This document shows, in pieces, positions 49,105-62,854 of a stretch of 64,000 nucleotides of DNA. A program made the position numbers and the translations under genes. The notes below the pieces were generated by a model. The model saw only the letters and a list, made by a program, of their open reading frames with translations. It did no database searches and was not told the origin of the DNA. Where the stretch lies: the NCBI GenBank assembly GCA_035221665.1, contig CM069133.1, positions 91,016,001 to 91,080,000 of the forward strand, given 5' to 3'. Numbering within the stretch: the first letter of the stretch is position 1; every line of letters begins with the position of its first letter. This stretch comes from Okamejei kenojei (Eukaryota).

Positions 49105-50310
49105 TTCAATTCAATTCAATTCAATTCAATTCAATTCAATTCAATTCAATTCAATCAATTCAATCTTTAATTGTCATTGTGCAGTGTACAATACAGAGAC
49201 AACGAAATACAGTTGGTATCTCCGAAGGGCGAACTTACAAATAAACAAGTAATACATATACATATGCAGTGGTATCCGTGCAATTTGCTGGTGATTGGAT
49301 AGTCCGGGGTGGGGGGGGGGGGATGAGGGGTGGAGACAGGCAGTCATTGAGGTGCAGCGTTGAGAAGTGTGACAGTCGCAGGGAAGAAGCTGTTCTTGAG
49401 CCTGCTGGTCCGGCAGCGGAGGGACCTGTAGCGTCTCCCGGATGGGAGGAGGGTAAACAGTCTATGGTTGGGGTGTGAGCTGTCCCTGGCGATGCTGTGC
49501 GCCCTGCGCAGGCATTGTTTACTATGGACAGACCTAATGGAGGGGAGTGAGGAGCCTGTGATGCATTGGGCGATCTTCACCACCCTCTGCAGAGCTTTCC
49601 GGTCGGCGACAGAGCAGTTACCATACCATACTGTGATGCAGTTGGTAAGGATGCTCTCGATGGTGCAGCGGTAGAAGTTCACCAGAATCTGGGGAGACAG
49701 GTGGACCTTCTTAAGTCTCCTCAGGAAGAAGAAACGCTGGTGAGCCTTCTTGATCAGCGAGGATATGTTGTGGGTCCAGGAGAGGTCATCGGAGATGTTG
49801 ACCCCCAGGAACCTGAAGCTGGAGACACGTTCCACCTCCGTCCCGTTGATACGGATGGAGTTGTGCGTGCAGCCTCTCGATCTCCTGAAGTCAACAATGA
49901 CCTCCTTGGTCTTCATGGAGTTGAGGGCCAGGTTATTGTTGGCACACCATGCTGCTAGGAGCTGGACCTCCTCCCTATAGGCCGACTCATCGTTGTCGCT
50001 GATGAGGCCAATCACCGTCGTGTCATCTGCATACTTGATGATGGTGTTGGTACCATGTACAGGTGTGCAGTCGTAGGTGAAGAGTAGAGGAGGGGGCTCA
50101 GCACGCAGCCCTGGGGAATGCCAGTGTTCAGGGTGAGCGCAGAAGAGGAGTGGTTATCCAACCTAACAGACTGTGGTCTGTTGGTTAGAAAGTCCAGTAA
50201 CCAATTGCAGAGGGAGGGGTTGATGCCCAGGTCATCGAGTTTGGCGATCAATTTCGAGGGGATAATGGTGTTGAATGCTGAGCTGTAGTCGATGAACAGC
50301 ATTCTCACAT
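49105..50310 (-). mobile_element. Rex1/Babar-type LINE, 5'-truncated, inserted in CR1 ORF1
   Basis: [26 protein letters not shown] and KAHQRFFFLRRLKK motifs; (TTGAA)n tail at 49105-49163. Host ORF1 rejoins as LNRIF|EVVTPR. Confidence 0.92.
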
Positions 50311-51418
50311 GAGGTTGTCACGCCGAGGATACGGGAAAATGAAGGTGTGTGACTGAGGGAAAGGGTGGTAACCGTGGAGTGCAGGAGACCCAGGTGGCTG
50401 TGCCTAATGAAAACAGGCACGTCCTCTTGGGAACTGTCCGGGGAGACGACGCTTCCAGTCCGAGTGGCGGACAGGTCGTGGCTCCAATCCTAGAGATGGG
50501 ACTCAACCGGCAAGACCGACGTTGGGCAGAGCCATAGTGGTGGGTGACTCCATTGTCCAAGGAATAGACAGGAGATTCTGTGGTGGCAGACGAGATGCGA
50601 GGATATTCTGTTGCGTCCCTGGTGCCAGGGTTCAAGATGTCACGAGCCAAATTCAGAACCTCCTCGAGAAGGAAGGTGAACAGCCGGCAGTAGTTGTGCA
50701 CATAGACACAAACAACATCGGGAAGAAGAGGAAGGAGGTTCTGCAACGTGAGTTCAGAGAGTTAGGAAGAAGACTGAACAGCAGGACTTCTAGGGTGGTT
50801 ATCTCGCTTCCAGTACATCGTGCTAGTGAGGACAGGAACAGGGAGATAGGGGATCTGAATGTGTGGTTGAGGGGTTGGTGCAGGGAGCAAGGATTTAGAT
50901 TTATAGACCACTGGGATCACTTCTGTGGTAGGGGTGACCTGTACAAAAGGGACGGGTTACACCTTAACTGGAGGGGGACTGACGTTCTGGCAGGCAGGTT
51001 TTCTAGGGCTACACGTGTGGGTTTAAACTAAATAGTGGCGGGGAGGGATTGACAAATTGGGAGTATAGAGATGGAGTTGAAGGGGAAGTGAGTACAGGAT
51101 AAATTACAAAAGATGCTCGAATTAATGGGAAGGAAAGTTCGAGAAGAGATAAGAGAGTAAGGTCAGGGCCAATTGCGAGCGGTGCAAGGTGGGGGGGGGG
51201 GGGGGGGGGGGGGGGGGGAATACAGAGGTCGAAGTTGTAGATTGGTTATATATGAATGTGCAAAGTATAAGAAATAAAGTGGACGAGCTTGAGGATCAGT
51301 TAGAAATTGGCAAGTATGATGTTGTGGGAATTACAGAGACACGGCTGCAAGAGGGCCAGGGCTGGGAACTGAATATTCAAGGGTGTACCTCCTCTTGGAA
51401 AGACAGACAGGTGTTGAG

Positions 51419-51459
<41 letters not shown>

Positions 51460-54400
51460 GCTCTGTTGGTGAGGAATGAAATTCAATCCCTTGCAAGGGG
51501 TGACATTGAAACAGGAGATGTGGAGTCAGTATGGCTAGAACTAAGGAATTGTAAGGGTAAAAAGACCCTAATGGGACATCTACAGGCCCCCAAACAGTAG
51601 CCTGGATATAGGGTGCAAGTTGATTCAGGAGTTAAGATTGGAATGTAGTAAAGGTAATGCTTCGGTTGTTATGGGAGATTTCAACATGCAGGTAGACTGG
51701 GAAAATCAGGTTGGTACTGGACCCCAAGAAAGGGAGTTTGTGGAGTGCCTCCGTGATGGATTCTTAGAGCAGCTTGTATTGGAGCCTACCAGGGAGAAGG
51801 CAATTCTGGATTTAGTGTTATGTAATGAACCGGATTTGATAAAGGAACTTGTGGTTAAGGAGCCATTAGGAGGGAGTGATCATAATATGGTCAAGTTTAA
51901 TCTACAATTGGAGAGGGAGAAGGGTAGATCGGAGGTGTCAGTGTTACAGTTGAATAAAGGGGACTATGGAGCCATGAGGGAGGATCTGGCCAAAGTTGAC
52001 TGGAAAGATACCCTAGCGGAGATGACAGTGGAACAACAATGGTAGGTATATCCGGGGATAATACAGAAGGTGCAGGATCAGTTCATTCCAAAAAGGAAGA
52101 AAGATTCCAAGGGGAGTAAGTGGCGACCGTGGCTACCAAGGGACATCAGGGACAGTATAAAAATAAAAGAGAAGTACAACGTAGCAAACATGAGCGGGAA
52201 GCAAGAACATTGGGTAATGTTTAAAAAGCTAACAGAAGATAACTAAAAAGGCAATACCAGGATAAAATATGAGGTATGACGGTAAGCTAGCCAAGAATAT
52301 AAAGGAGGATAGTAAAAGCTTCTTTAGGTATGAGAAGTGGGAAAAATTAGTTAAGACCAAAGTTGGACCCTTGAAGACTGAAAAAGGTGAATTTATTATG
52401 GGGAACAAGGAAATGGCAGATGAGTTGAACAGGTACTTTGGATCTGTCTTCACTAAGGAGAACACAAACAATCTTCCTGATGTACTAGTGACCAGAGGAT
52501 CTGGGGTGACGGAGGAACTGAAGGAAATCCACATTAGGCAGGAAATGGTGTTGGGTAGACTGACGGGACTGAAAGCTGATAAATCCCCAGGGCCTGGTGG
52601 TCTGCATCCCAGGGTACTTAAGGAAGTGGCTCTAGAAATCGTGGATGCATTGGTGATAATTTTCCAATGTTCTATAGATTCAGGATCAGTTCCTGTGGAT
52701 TGGAGGGTAGCTAATGTTATCCCACTTTTTAAGAAAGGCTTAAGAGAGAAAACAGAGACCAGTTAGCCTGACATCAGTGGTAGGGAAGATGCTGGAGTCA
52801 TGAAAGATGAAAGATGAGATAGCCGAACATTTGGATAGCAGTAGCAGGATCGGTGTGAGTCAGCATGGATTTACGAAGGGTAAATCATGCTTGACTAATC
52901 TTCTGGAATTTTTTGAGGATGTAACTAGGAAAATGGACAAGGGAGAGCCAGTGGATGTAGTGTACCTGGACTTTCAGAAAGCATTTGATAAGGTCCCACA
53001 TAGGAGATTAGCAGGCAAAATTAGGGCACATGGTATTAGGGGCAGAGTGCTGACATGGATAGAAAATGGTTGGCAGACAGGAAACAAAGAGTCGGGATTA
53101 ACGGGTCCCTTTCAGAATGGCAGGCAGTGACTAGTGGGGTACCGCAAGGCTTGGTGCTGGACCGCATCTATTTACAATATACATCAATTATTTAGATGAA
53201 AGGATTCAAAATAACATTAGCAAATTTGCAGATGACACAAAGCTCGATGGTAGTGTGAACTGTGAGGATGCTTTAAGAATGCAGGGTGACTTGGACAGGT
53301 TGGGGGAGTGGGCAGATGCATGGCAGATGCAATTTAATGTGGATAAATGTGAGGTTATCCACTTTGGTATTAAAAAACAGGAAGGCAGATTACTATCTAA
53401 ATGGTGTCAAGTTGGGAAAAGGGGAAGTACAATGGGATCTGGGGGTCCTTGTTCATCAGTCAATTAAAGTAAGCATGCAGGTACAGCAGGCAGTGAAGAA
53501 AGCAAATGGCATGTTGGCCTTTATAACAAGAGGAGTTGAGTATAGGAGCAAAGAGATCCTTCTGCATTTGTACAGGGCCCTAGTGAGACCACACCTGGAG
53601 TATTATGTGCAGTTTTGGTCCCCTAAGTTGAGGAAGGACATACTTGCCATTGAGGGAGTGCAGCATAGGTGTACAAGGTTAATTCCCAGGTTGGCAGGAC
53701 TGTCATATGCTGAGAGAATGGAGCGGCTGGGCTTGTATACTCTGGAATTTAGAAGGATGGGATCTTATTGAAACATATATGATTATGAAGGGTTTGGACA
53801 TGCTAGAGGCAAGAAATGTTCCCGATATTGGGGGAGTCCAGAACCAGGTGCCACAGTTTAAGAATAAGGGGTAAGTCATTTAGAATGGAGACAAGGAAAC
53901 ACTTTTTCTCACAGAGAGTTGTGAGCCTGTGGAATTCTCTGCCTCAGAGGGTGCTGGAGGCCGGTTCTCTGGATACTTTCAAGAGAGAGCTGGATAGGGC
54001 TCTTAAAGATAGCAGAGACAGGGGAGAAGGCAGGAACGGGGTACTGGGGATGATCAGCCATGATCACATTGAATGGCGGTGCGGGCTCGAAGGGCCGAAT
54101 GGCCTACTCCTGCACCTATTGTCTATTGTCTATAACAGAATCATACTGTGCAGAAATTGTCCCCTTTGGCCCAGCTCGTAATGCTGACTGTGATTCCTAT
54201 CTACGCTAAATCATATTTGCATGTATTAGGTCCATATTACTGTGCCAATCCTCTCTGTACCCATCCAAATGCCTTTTAAACACTGTAATTGTACCTGATT
54301 CCACCACCCCCTCTGGATGTTCATTTTAGATAACCACCAGTTTATGCGAGACACTTAACTTTCAGATCTCCTTTAAGTTTCTCCCCTTGCACCTTAAACC

Positions 54401-54546
54401 TGTGCCCTCTAGTTCAGTGATGGAAATGGGTTTTAGGAACTAGGGGTACCTGAGGCAGGGGCAGGGGCAGGGGTAGGGGCGGGGGCATAACGTGCATAAG
54501 AGTGCATAACTTGTTTATTGTGTATTTGTAATACAGTTTATCGTAT

Positions 54547-57500
54547 ATTTTACTTTGGAGTCACGTGAGTGACCACGTGAAGAAGCCCCGCCAGGCGCAT
54601 GCGCGTCATTACGTCGACGAATATCGCATTGAACGGGCTGGAGAGCGCAGCTCCACCAGCGGTGAGTAGAAAACCTCGTGGTAAGTGTTTTAAAAAACTT
54701 TCCAGCGAGATTTAAGCTCCGTAAGACTGGCTTTCGAGTCAGCAGGAGCCTGTGTTACAGAGGGAGGAGCAAGCGTGGGTCACGCAGCATTGCGGTCCCA
54801 TCGCAGCGATCGGGAAAATAGATAAGTGCGGTGCCGGTTCCGATACCGGTGGCCGCTATTTCCGTAGTTAATAACCCTCCAGCTGCTCTAGTGTCGCAGG
54901 GCACTGAGGCCACAAAGGTAGGAAAGCACATACAAGGTCTGCTCTGAGTATGTGTTACCAGATGCAGTTTTTCTTAGTTTTATGCACACAAATACACAAG
55001 AAAATGTAAAAGAAAGTAACTCTCCTCCAAGACAGGACAAGAATGTGGGGGAGACTGGAAATGGAGAAAATGCTCCAAACTTTACTCAGTCAAGGGTCCA
55101 AAGACCCAGAGCTTCCCAGGCAGCCTCCGAAGGAGTTCCATACACTGAGCATGGTGCCTGTCAAAAATGGGAATCTGACTCTCCAGTGCCTTGTTTAGAT
55201 CTGGATGAGGTCTGGATGAGCAAGACTCAGGAGTACCAGGGCAGGAGGTGACTGACTTTGAAGCCGGTGTCCCTACTTATGTGTATACTCTAGAGCACAA
55301 GAGCCACGCTCCGGGTGTTCCCGATGTAGCATCAGGTTTTGCTAAATCGAAAGGGACTGGTGAGGCTATGGATGAGAACCTGGCTGCCAACATTTATTAT
55401 TTGGTTTCTCACCAGCTCCAAGAAACTGTTATGATTGAAACAGCTGAAAAATATATATAAAACATCCGTCTATTGTGCCTCGCTCATGGTGCCAACAGTA
55501 AACTCAGCAATTTGGGCACCCATGAGTGTAACGATACGATGGCAGGAAATGTGTTTCCAGCATGTCCTCCAGCTGATATCAGGTGGCATCACTGCATTTG
55601 GGAAAGACATACAAGGGTCGATAATGTCCAAAACTAATAAGGACATGCTTGCGTTATTCTGCAATGCCTATTTTGAACCTAATTGCATGAGGAAAATTGC
55701 CATTTGGCCAACATTACACCCAAAAAATGCAGGACTATGTAGGGCAAACAATATTCAGGCACCTGATTAATTATTGGTGAAAATCTGCTGAAACAATTAA
55801 GGATATTTGCCTTATAAAACTTCTCATCCCTGCTCCGAGAAAACAAGCAGGTTGGATACGAAGGGGGTTTGATTCTGGGACAGGGAGCATCAGAGGCAGG
55901 GAGATGGGTACAAAGTATTATACCCAATACAGCCCACATCAACCCTTATATTGGGAGAAGGAGATCTTCTAGTTCATTTACGAAGGTACAGAAACTTAAT
56001 TCCATCACAGATAGAACTTCTGGGCAACAACTTCTGGTTGGGGGTAGATTACAATTGTTTTATAATGAATGATGCTGCATAATATCTGATCGGTTTATAC
56101 TAGATACTGTGTCAGGCTCTACAATAGAATTTATGGCAGGAGTTGATCCACCTGTACAGAATAGGCCTAAAAGAGTCTTGGTGTTTGCTGCACCAGAAAC
56201 TCGTCAGGTAGAAAAAGAAATTAAAGATTTATCCAGCGAGGGGTAATTCAAAGAACGGTGAATCATCCTCAACAATATGTGTCCAATACATTCCCAGACC
56301 GAAGAAAGGTGGGGGTTGCAGAGTCATTCTGGACCTCACAAACTTAAATTCATATGTTCAGTATAGGCATTTAAAACGGACACCTTCAACACTGTAAAAC
56401 AGTTGTTATCACGAGGCTGCTATATGGCTACTATAGACCTAAAAAGGATGCTTATTATTCAGTACCAATTCATCATTATCACAGGAACTTTAAGTTAATT
56501 GGATGGGTCAGCTGAGGCAATTTAAAGAATTACCTAATGGGTTAACTTCAGCTCGCAGGCTGTTCACAAAATTATTGAAACCAGCACTGGTGTTACTGAG
56601 GGCTCAGAATCACATTGTAATGGTTTATCTAGATGATATGTTAATTGTAAATGCCACTCAGGAGACAGCTGAAGAACTGGTTTCAGCAACCATAAGCCTA
56701 TTTGAAACGCTAGGGTTTCTGTCCATCCAACAAAATCTAAGTTACAGCCATCCCAAACAATTGATTATTTGGGGTTTGTCATTAATTCAGTTGATATGTC
56801 AGTAACTTTGCCAACAGATAAGGTTGGGGATATTACAAATGTCTGTACTTGCTTTGCTTTTCCCTCCATCGGAGAAGTAGCTACGGTTATTGGTAAAATG
56901 GTAGCAGCATTCCTGCTGTCGAGTTTGGGCCTCTGCACTATCAAAGTCTGCAAAGAGCCAGAGAACAAGCACTAAAAAAGCATGCAGGTCATTTTGATAG
57001 GTCCATGCAGTTACGAACTAAAGCTTTAGCTGAATTGCAATGGTGGATTCACAATGTTGCACAAGCTACTAGAAAATATTTTGGTTCAGCAACCTCAGTG
57101 GTATTATAAACTGATGTGAGCGCTCCTGAATGGGGAGCTACGGACAGTGCCACCAGCTGTGGTGGTCGATGGACTGTCCAAGAGGATTTAATTCTCCAAA
57201 CACATGGTATCAATTATTTGGAGTTATTGGGGGCGTTTTTATGGATTGATAGCTTAATTGTTCCACAATGAATGACTTGCATGTTTAATTACAGGTAGAC
57301 AATACCACAGCTGTGGCATATATCAATCACATGGGGGGAGTAAGAAGAGTATCATGTGATAATCTGGTCAACCTCATGTGGCACTGGTGTATCTCCAGGA
57401 ATATCTGGCTTTCAGCTATCTATCTACCAGGGAGAGACAATATTGTGGCAGACAACAGATCACGAAAGTTCAATGACAATACAGAATGGATGTTAAATCC

Positions 57501-59741
57501 AGAAGTTTTTAAAAAGATTGTCAGTCGGTATGGGTTACCAGATATTGATCTGTTTGCGTCCAGATTAAATCACCAGTGCCTAAATATGTCTCATGGGAGC
57601 CAGACCCAGGAGCAGTAGCTGTGTATACATTCTCGCTACATTGGGGAAGTATAGTCTATGCTTTTCCCCCATTTTGCCTGATTTGGCAATGTCTCACCAA
57701 AATAGAGCAAGACTCCGCCACAGGCGTTTTGGTGGTTCCAAACTGGTGCTCAGAATGATGACTCAGCCATTCGTGACAATCCCCAGCTGCAGTAATTTGT
57801 TGCTACATCCAGTAACAGGGGAAAGTCATCCATTACATGATTGTATTAATTGTTAATCTGCAGGTTCTGACCAGACCATTACAAGGGCTTGGACTGTTGG
57901 ATAGGACCATGGATGTCATAACTGCAGCTTGGAGAGATAGCACTAAGAAACAATATATGGCTCATATAAAGAAATGGGAAATCTTTTGTATACAGGCAGA
58001 TATATCTTATCATACTGCATATATCGGATGTATTGGAGTTCCTTGCTATGTTGCATTTTGATCAGCACCTGAGTTATAGTGCCATTAATAGTGCTCAGAG
58101 TGCTTTGTCCTCCTATTTAGGACAATTTTCAGAATGACAATCTATTGGGTCTCATCTGTTAAATATCCCAATTTATGCGAGGAATATTAACAAAAATCCT
58201 ACCAAATCCAGATATACAGAAATCTGGGATGTCAGTATAGTTCTCACATCGCTTCGGCAGTGGGTTCCAATTATGTCACTGTCTTTTCAGACGTTAACAT
58301 TTAAAGTGGTTATGCTCATGGCATTAGTATCAGCACAACGAGTACAAACGTGGATACGTTTTTCCCATTGTGGCTAGGGAAGATTCAAACAAGAGGGCAT
58401 GACATGAGAATTAAGGGACAGAGGTTTCGGGGTAACGTGAGGGGGAACTTCTTTACTCAGAGGGTGGTGGCTGTGTGGAATCAGCTTCCAGCAGAAGTGG
58501 TGGAGGCAGGATCGATTTTAACATTTAAGAGTAAAGTGGATAGGTATATGGACGTGAAGGGAATGGAGGGGTATGGTCTGAGTGCAGGTAGATGGGACTA
58601 GGGGAAAACAAATGGTCGGCACGGACTGGAAGGGCCGAGAGGGCCTGTTTCCGTGCTGTAATTGTTATATGGTTATATGGTTAAACATTACAAATGTTGC
58701 GGTTAGATGGTATGCAGTTGGCTGTAGATAAAATTACTTTTTATGTCTATGATCTAAGCAAGCAAAGCAGGCCAGGAAAGGCTGGAACCAAGGTAATCAT
58801 TAAAGCATACCCTGTGGACAAAACATTGTGTGTGGTTAAGCATCTGACTCAATATATTGAAGTAACTAAGAGCCTCCAAAGTTGTAAGACAGCAATGCTC
58901 ATTACCCACAAAAAAACATATAAAAAAGTGACAATACAAACTATTTCTAGATGGTTAAAACAGGTTCTGTATTTAGCGGGAGTGGACACTCATGTGTTTA
59001 AATCTCACTCTAACAGGGCAGCATCAACGTCCACAGCAAAAGTGCAGGACGTGCCGCTCGACAAATTCTAGAGGCCGCAGGATGGTCTAAAGAGAAACTT
59101 TTTCTAGATTTTATGATAAACATTTGTCACAGTGCCAGGGTTTGCACATGCTGTGTTGGGTTCAGTTTAATTTGTTTGCTTTGTTTCATATCATTTGTTT
59201 CATATAATTTGCTGTAATTTCCCTTGGGATAGAGGGGTTATTACTTTCCTTTGTTGTTATTATTATTATTATTATTATTATTAAAATAGTTATTGAATAA
59301 TATGAAGCAATGTTCAATATACTATTTATTCACTACTGTGTCAACTGAAGCAGTGTGTCGTATGGAGTGAATCTACGGCATGAAAATCACAGAGCTTTGA
59401 AATCTTCATGTAGTCACTCACGTGACTCCAAAGTAAAATAGTAAGATTAAACGAGAACTTACCTGTTCGAAATTAGATCCTTATTTTATGAGGAGTTACG
59501 ATGAGGGATTACGTGCCCTCCGCTCCCGGCCCTCATAATCTAAAGGATCATCTGGTAGTTCGAGTCTTCTAAAGCCTTACTATGTTACTTCGGCTATCGG
59601 TTTCTGTGTTTTTCACGCCGCTGCTTTGAAGTATGATGCGCATGCGCCTGGCAGGGCTTCTTCACGTAATCCCTCATCGTAACTCCTCATAAAATAAGGA
59701 TCAAACTTCGAACAGGTAAGTTCTCGTTTAATCTTACTATT
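54547..59741 (+). mobile_element. DIRS1-like retrotransposon, copy B (full span, decayed ORFs)
   Basis: ITRs at 54575-54604 and 59638-59667, ICR at 59403-59515, ATT at both ends. RT (YLDD), RNase H, MT (DLFAS, YAFPPF) and YR (HSNRAAS) remnants are collinear with copy A. Confidence 0.95.
58350..58682 (+). mobile_element. CR1 3' fragment inserted in the DIRS YR ORF
   Basis: Splits SAQRVQ|TLQMLRLD. Flanking aaac at 58346-58349 and 58683-58686; (gttatatg)n tail. Confidence 0.92.
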
Positions 59742-59759
59742 ATATGTCATAGCTGCTTT

Positions 59760-62390
59760 AGAAACATCGAACATAGAAAATAGGTGCCAGAGGAGGCCAT
59801 TCGCCCCTTCGAGCCAGCGCCGCCATTCAATATGATCATGGCTGATCATCTGCTATCAATAACGTGCCTTCTCCCCATATCCCTTGACTCCACTTGCTCC
59901 TAGAGCTCTGTCCAACTCTCTCTTAAATCCATCCAGTGATTTGGCCTCCACTGCCCTCTGTGGCAGGGAATTCCATAAATTCACAACTAGGGTAAAAAAG
60001 TATTTTCTCAGCTCAGTCCTAAATGACCTCCCCTTTATTCTAAGACTGTGGCCCCTGGTTCTGGACTCACCCAACATTGGGAACATCCTGCATCTGGTTT
60101 GTCCAGTCCTTTTATAATTTTATATGTTTCTATAAGATCTCCCCTCATCCTTCTAAACTCCAGTGAATACAAGCCTAGTCTTCTCAATCTTTCCTCATAT
60201 GACAGTCCTGCCATCCCAGGGATCAATGTCCTGAACCTACGCTGCACTGCCTCAATCACAAGGATGTCCTTCCTCAAATTAGGAGACCAAAACATTACAC
60301 AATACTCCCAATGTGGTCTCACCAGAGCCCTATACAACTGCAGAAGAACCTCTTTACTCCTGTACTGAAATCCTCTTGTTATGAAGGCCAACATTCCATT
60401 AGCTTTCTTCACTACCTGCTGTACCTGCACGCCAACTTTCAGTGACTGGGGTACAAGGATACCCAGGTCTCGCTGTACCTTCCCCTTACCTAACCTAACC
60501 CCATTGAGATAATAATCTGCCCCCTTGTTTTTGCCGCCAAAGTGGATAAACTCACATTTATCTATATTAAACTGCATCTGCCACGCATCTGCCCACTCAC
60601 TCAACCTGTCCAGGTCCCCCTGCAACCTCCTAACATCCTCTTCACAGTTCACACTGCCACCCAGCTTTGTGTCATCCGCAAACTTGCTAGTGTTGCTCCT
60701 AATTCCCTCTTCGAAATCATTTATATATATGGTAAACAATTGCAGCCCCAACACCGAGCCTTGAGGCACTCCACTCGCCACTGCCTGCCATTCTGAAAAG
60801 GACCCGTTCACTCCTACTATTTGCTTCTGGTCTGCCAACCAATTTTCTATCCATGTCAACACCCTACCCCAAATACCATGTGCTCTAATTTTAGTCACCA
60901 GTCTCCCGTGCGGGACCTTATCAAAGGCTTTCTGAAAGTCTAGATACACTACATCCACTGGCACCCCTTCATCCATTTTACTTGTCACATCCTCAAAACA
61001 TTCCAGAAGATTAGTCAAGCATGATTTCCCTTTCATAAATCCATGTTGACTTGGACTAATCATTTTACTGCTATCCAAATGCTCCATTATTACCTCTTTA
61101 ATAATTGACTCCAGCATCATTCCCACCACCGAAGTCAGGCTAACTGCTCTGTTATTCCCCGTTTTCTCTCTCGCTCCTTTCTTGAAAAGTGGGATAACAT
61201 TAGCTATCCTCCAATCTACAGGAACTGATCCTGAATCTATTGAACATTGGAAAATTATCACCAATGCGTCCACTATTTCTAGAGCCACCTCCCTGAGGAC
61301 CCTGGGATCAGACCATCAGGCCCAGGGGATTTATCATCCTTCAGTCCCATTAGCCTACCCAATACTATTTCTTGCCTAATGACAATTTTTTTCAGTTCCT
61401 CTACCCCCTTAGATCCTCTGTCCTCTACATCTGGGAGGTTGTTTGTGTTCTCCTTAGTGAAGACAGATCCGAAGTACCTATTTAACTCTTCTGCCATTTC
61501 CTTGTTGCCCATAATTATTTCACCCGTGTCTGCCTTCAAGGGATCCACATTTGACTTTGCTACTCTTTTTCCTTTAACATATCTAAAGAAGCTTTTACTG
61601 TCCTTCTTTATATTCCAGGCCAGCTGCCCCTCGTACTTTACCTTTTTAGCCCATATTGCCCGTTTTGTTTTCTTCTGTTGTCCTATGAAAGTTTCCCAAT
61701 CCTCCGGCTTCTGGCTACTCTTTGCTGTGTTGTACATATTTTCTTTTAGTTTTATTCTATCCCTAACTTCTCTTGTCAGCCACGGTTGCCTCCTACTCCC
61801 CTTAGAATCTTTCTTCCTTTTTGAAATGAAATGATCCTGCATCTTCCGGATTATGCCCAGAAATTCCTGCCATTGCTGTTCCACCGTCATTCCTGCTAGG
61901 ATCCCTTTCCAGTCTACTTTGGCTAGCTCCCCTCTCACGCCTTCATAGTCCCCTTTGTTCAACTGCATCACTGCCACTACCGATTTAACATTCTCCTTCT
62001 CAAATTGCAGATTAAAACTAATCATATTATGATCACTACCTCCAAGCGGTTCATTTACCTCGAGTTCTCTTATTATTTCTGGTTCATTGGAAAACACTAA
62101 ATCCAGAATTGCCTTTTCTCTGGTCGGCTCCATTACAAGCTGCTCTAAGAATCCATCTCAGAGGCATTCTACAAACTCTTTTTCTTGGGGTCCTGAACCA
62201 ACCTAATTTTTCCCAATCTACCTGCATATTGAAATCCCCCATCACCACAGTGGCATTACCTTTGCCAGTTTTAACTCCTGCTGCAACTTATACCCTACAT
62301 CCGGGCTACTATTTGGGGGTCGGTAAATAACACCAATTAGTGTCTTCTTGCCTTTACAATTCCTCAACTCAATCCACAGTAACTCTACCT
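59760..62390 (-). mobile_element. CR1 LINE ORF2, 5'-truncated
   Basis: ORFs 61279-62133 and 60035-61288 carry [25 protein letters not shown] and KFADD. Confidence 0.93.
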
Positions 62391-62400
62391 GTTCAATCCA

Positions 62401-62658
62401 GCTGTAATTGCAGCGAAAGGTGGTTCTACAAAGTATTGACTCAGGGGGGCTGAATATTTTTGCACGCCACACTTTTCAGTTTTTTATTTGGTAATAAAAT
62501 TTGGAAACCATGTATCATTTTCCTTCCACTTCACAATTATGCACCACTTTGTGCTGGTCTATCACATAAAATCCAAATACAATACATTTACGTTTGTGGT
62601 TGTAACGTGACAAAATGTGGAAAAGTTCAAGGGGTATGAATACTTTTGCAAGCCACTG
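62401..62658 (+). mobile_element. Tc1 right-end fragment (second family)
   Basis: Transposase C-terminus AVIAAKGGSTKY* at 62401-62439, then a TIR ending gaatacttttgcaagccactg|TA. Confidence 0.88.
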
Positions 62659-62854
62659 TATAAGGTACATAGGGTGTGTATCGATTAATTCTAGACAACA
62701 GATTAAAAAAAATAATCTAACTCCATTAATTCACTCACGATGTATTATAATGTGTTTTACAGTATGAAGTGTACAGCAAAACTTGCACTTCCAGTGTGGT
62801 CTATCGTGTTGTTTCTTCAGCGGACCACGGATTTATTTTAAGAGCAATACATAG

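Larger units (their letters stand above)
48130..54133 (+). mobile_element. Near full-length CR1 LINE (ORF1 zinc finger plus SGNH esterase; ORF2 APE-RT), disrupted
   Basis: ORF1 starts at 48913 (CDACRMWE..CGRC, coiled coil) and continues with VGDSIV...DGLHLN to 51031. ORF2 has GDFN, GSDHN, DFQKAFDKVPH and KFADD. Tail (ctattgt)n. The 5' boundary is approximate. Confidence 0.9.

Noticed and set aside
49105-49163. (TTCAA)n array as a satellite or CRISPR-like repeat
   Set aside because: It has no spacers and is the 3' microsatellite tail of the Rex1/Babar insertion.
51189-51479. Poly-glycine protein ORF
   Set aside because: It is produced by poly-G tracts within the CR1 endonuclease region.
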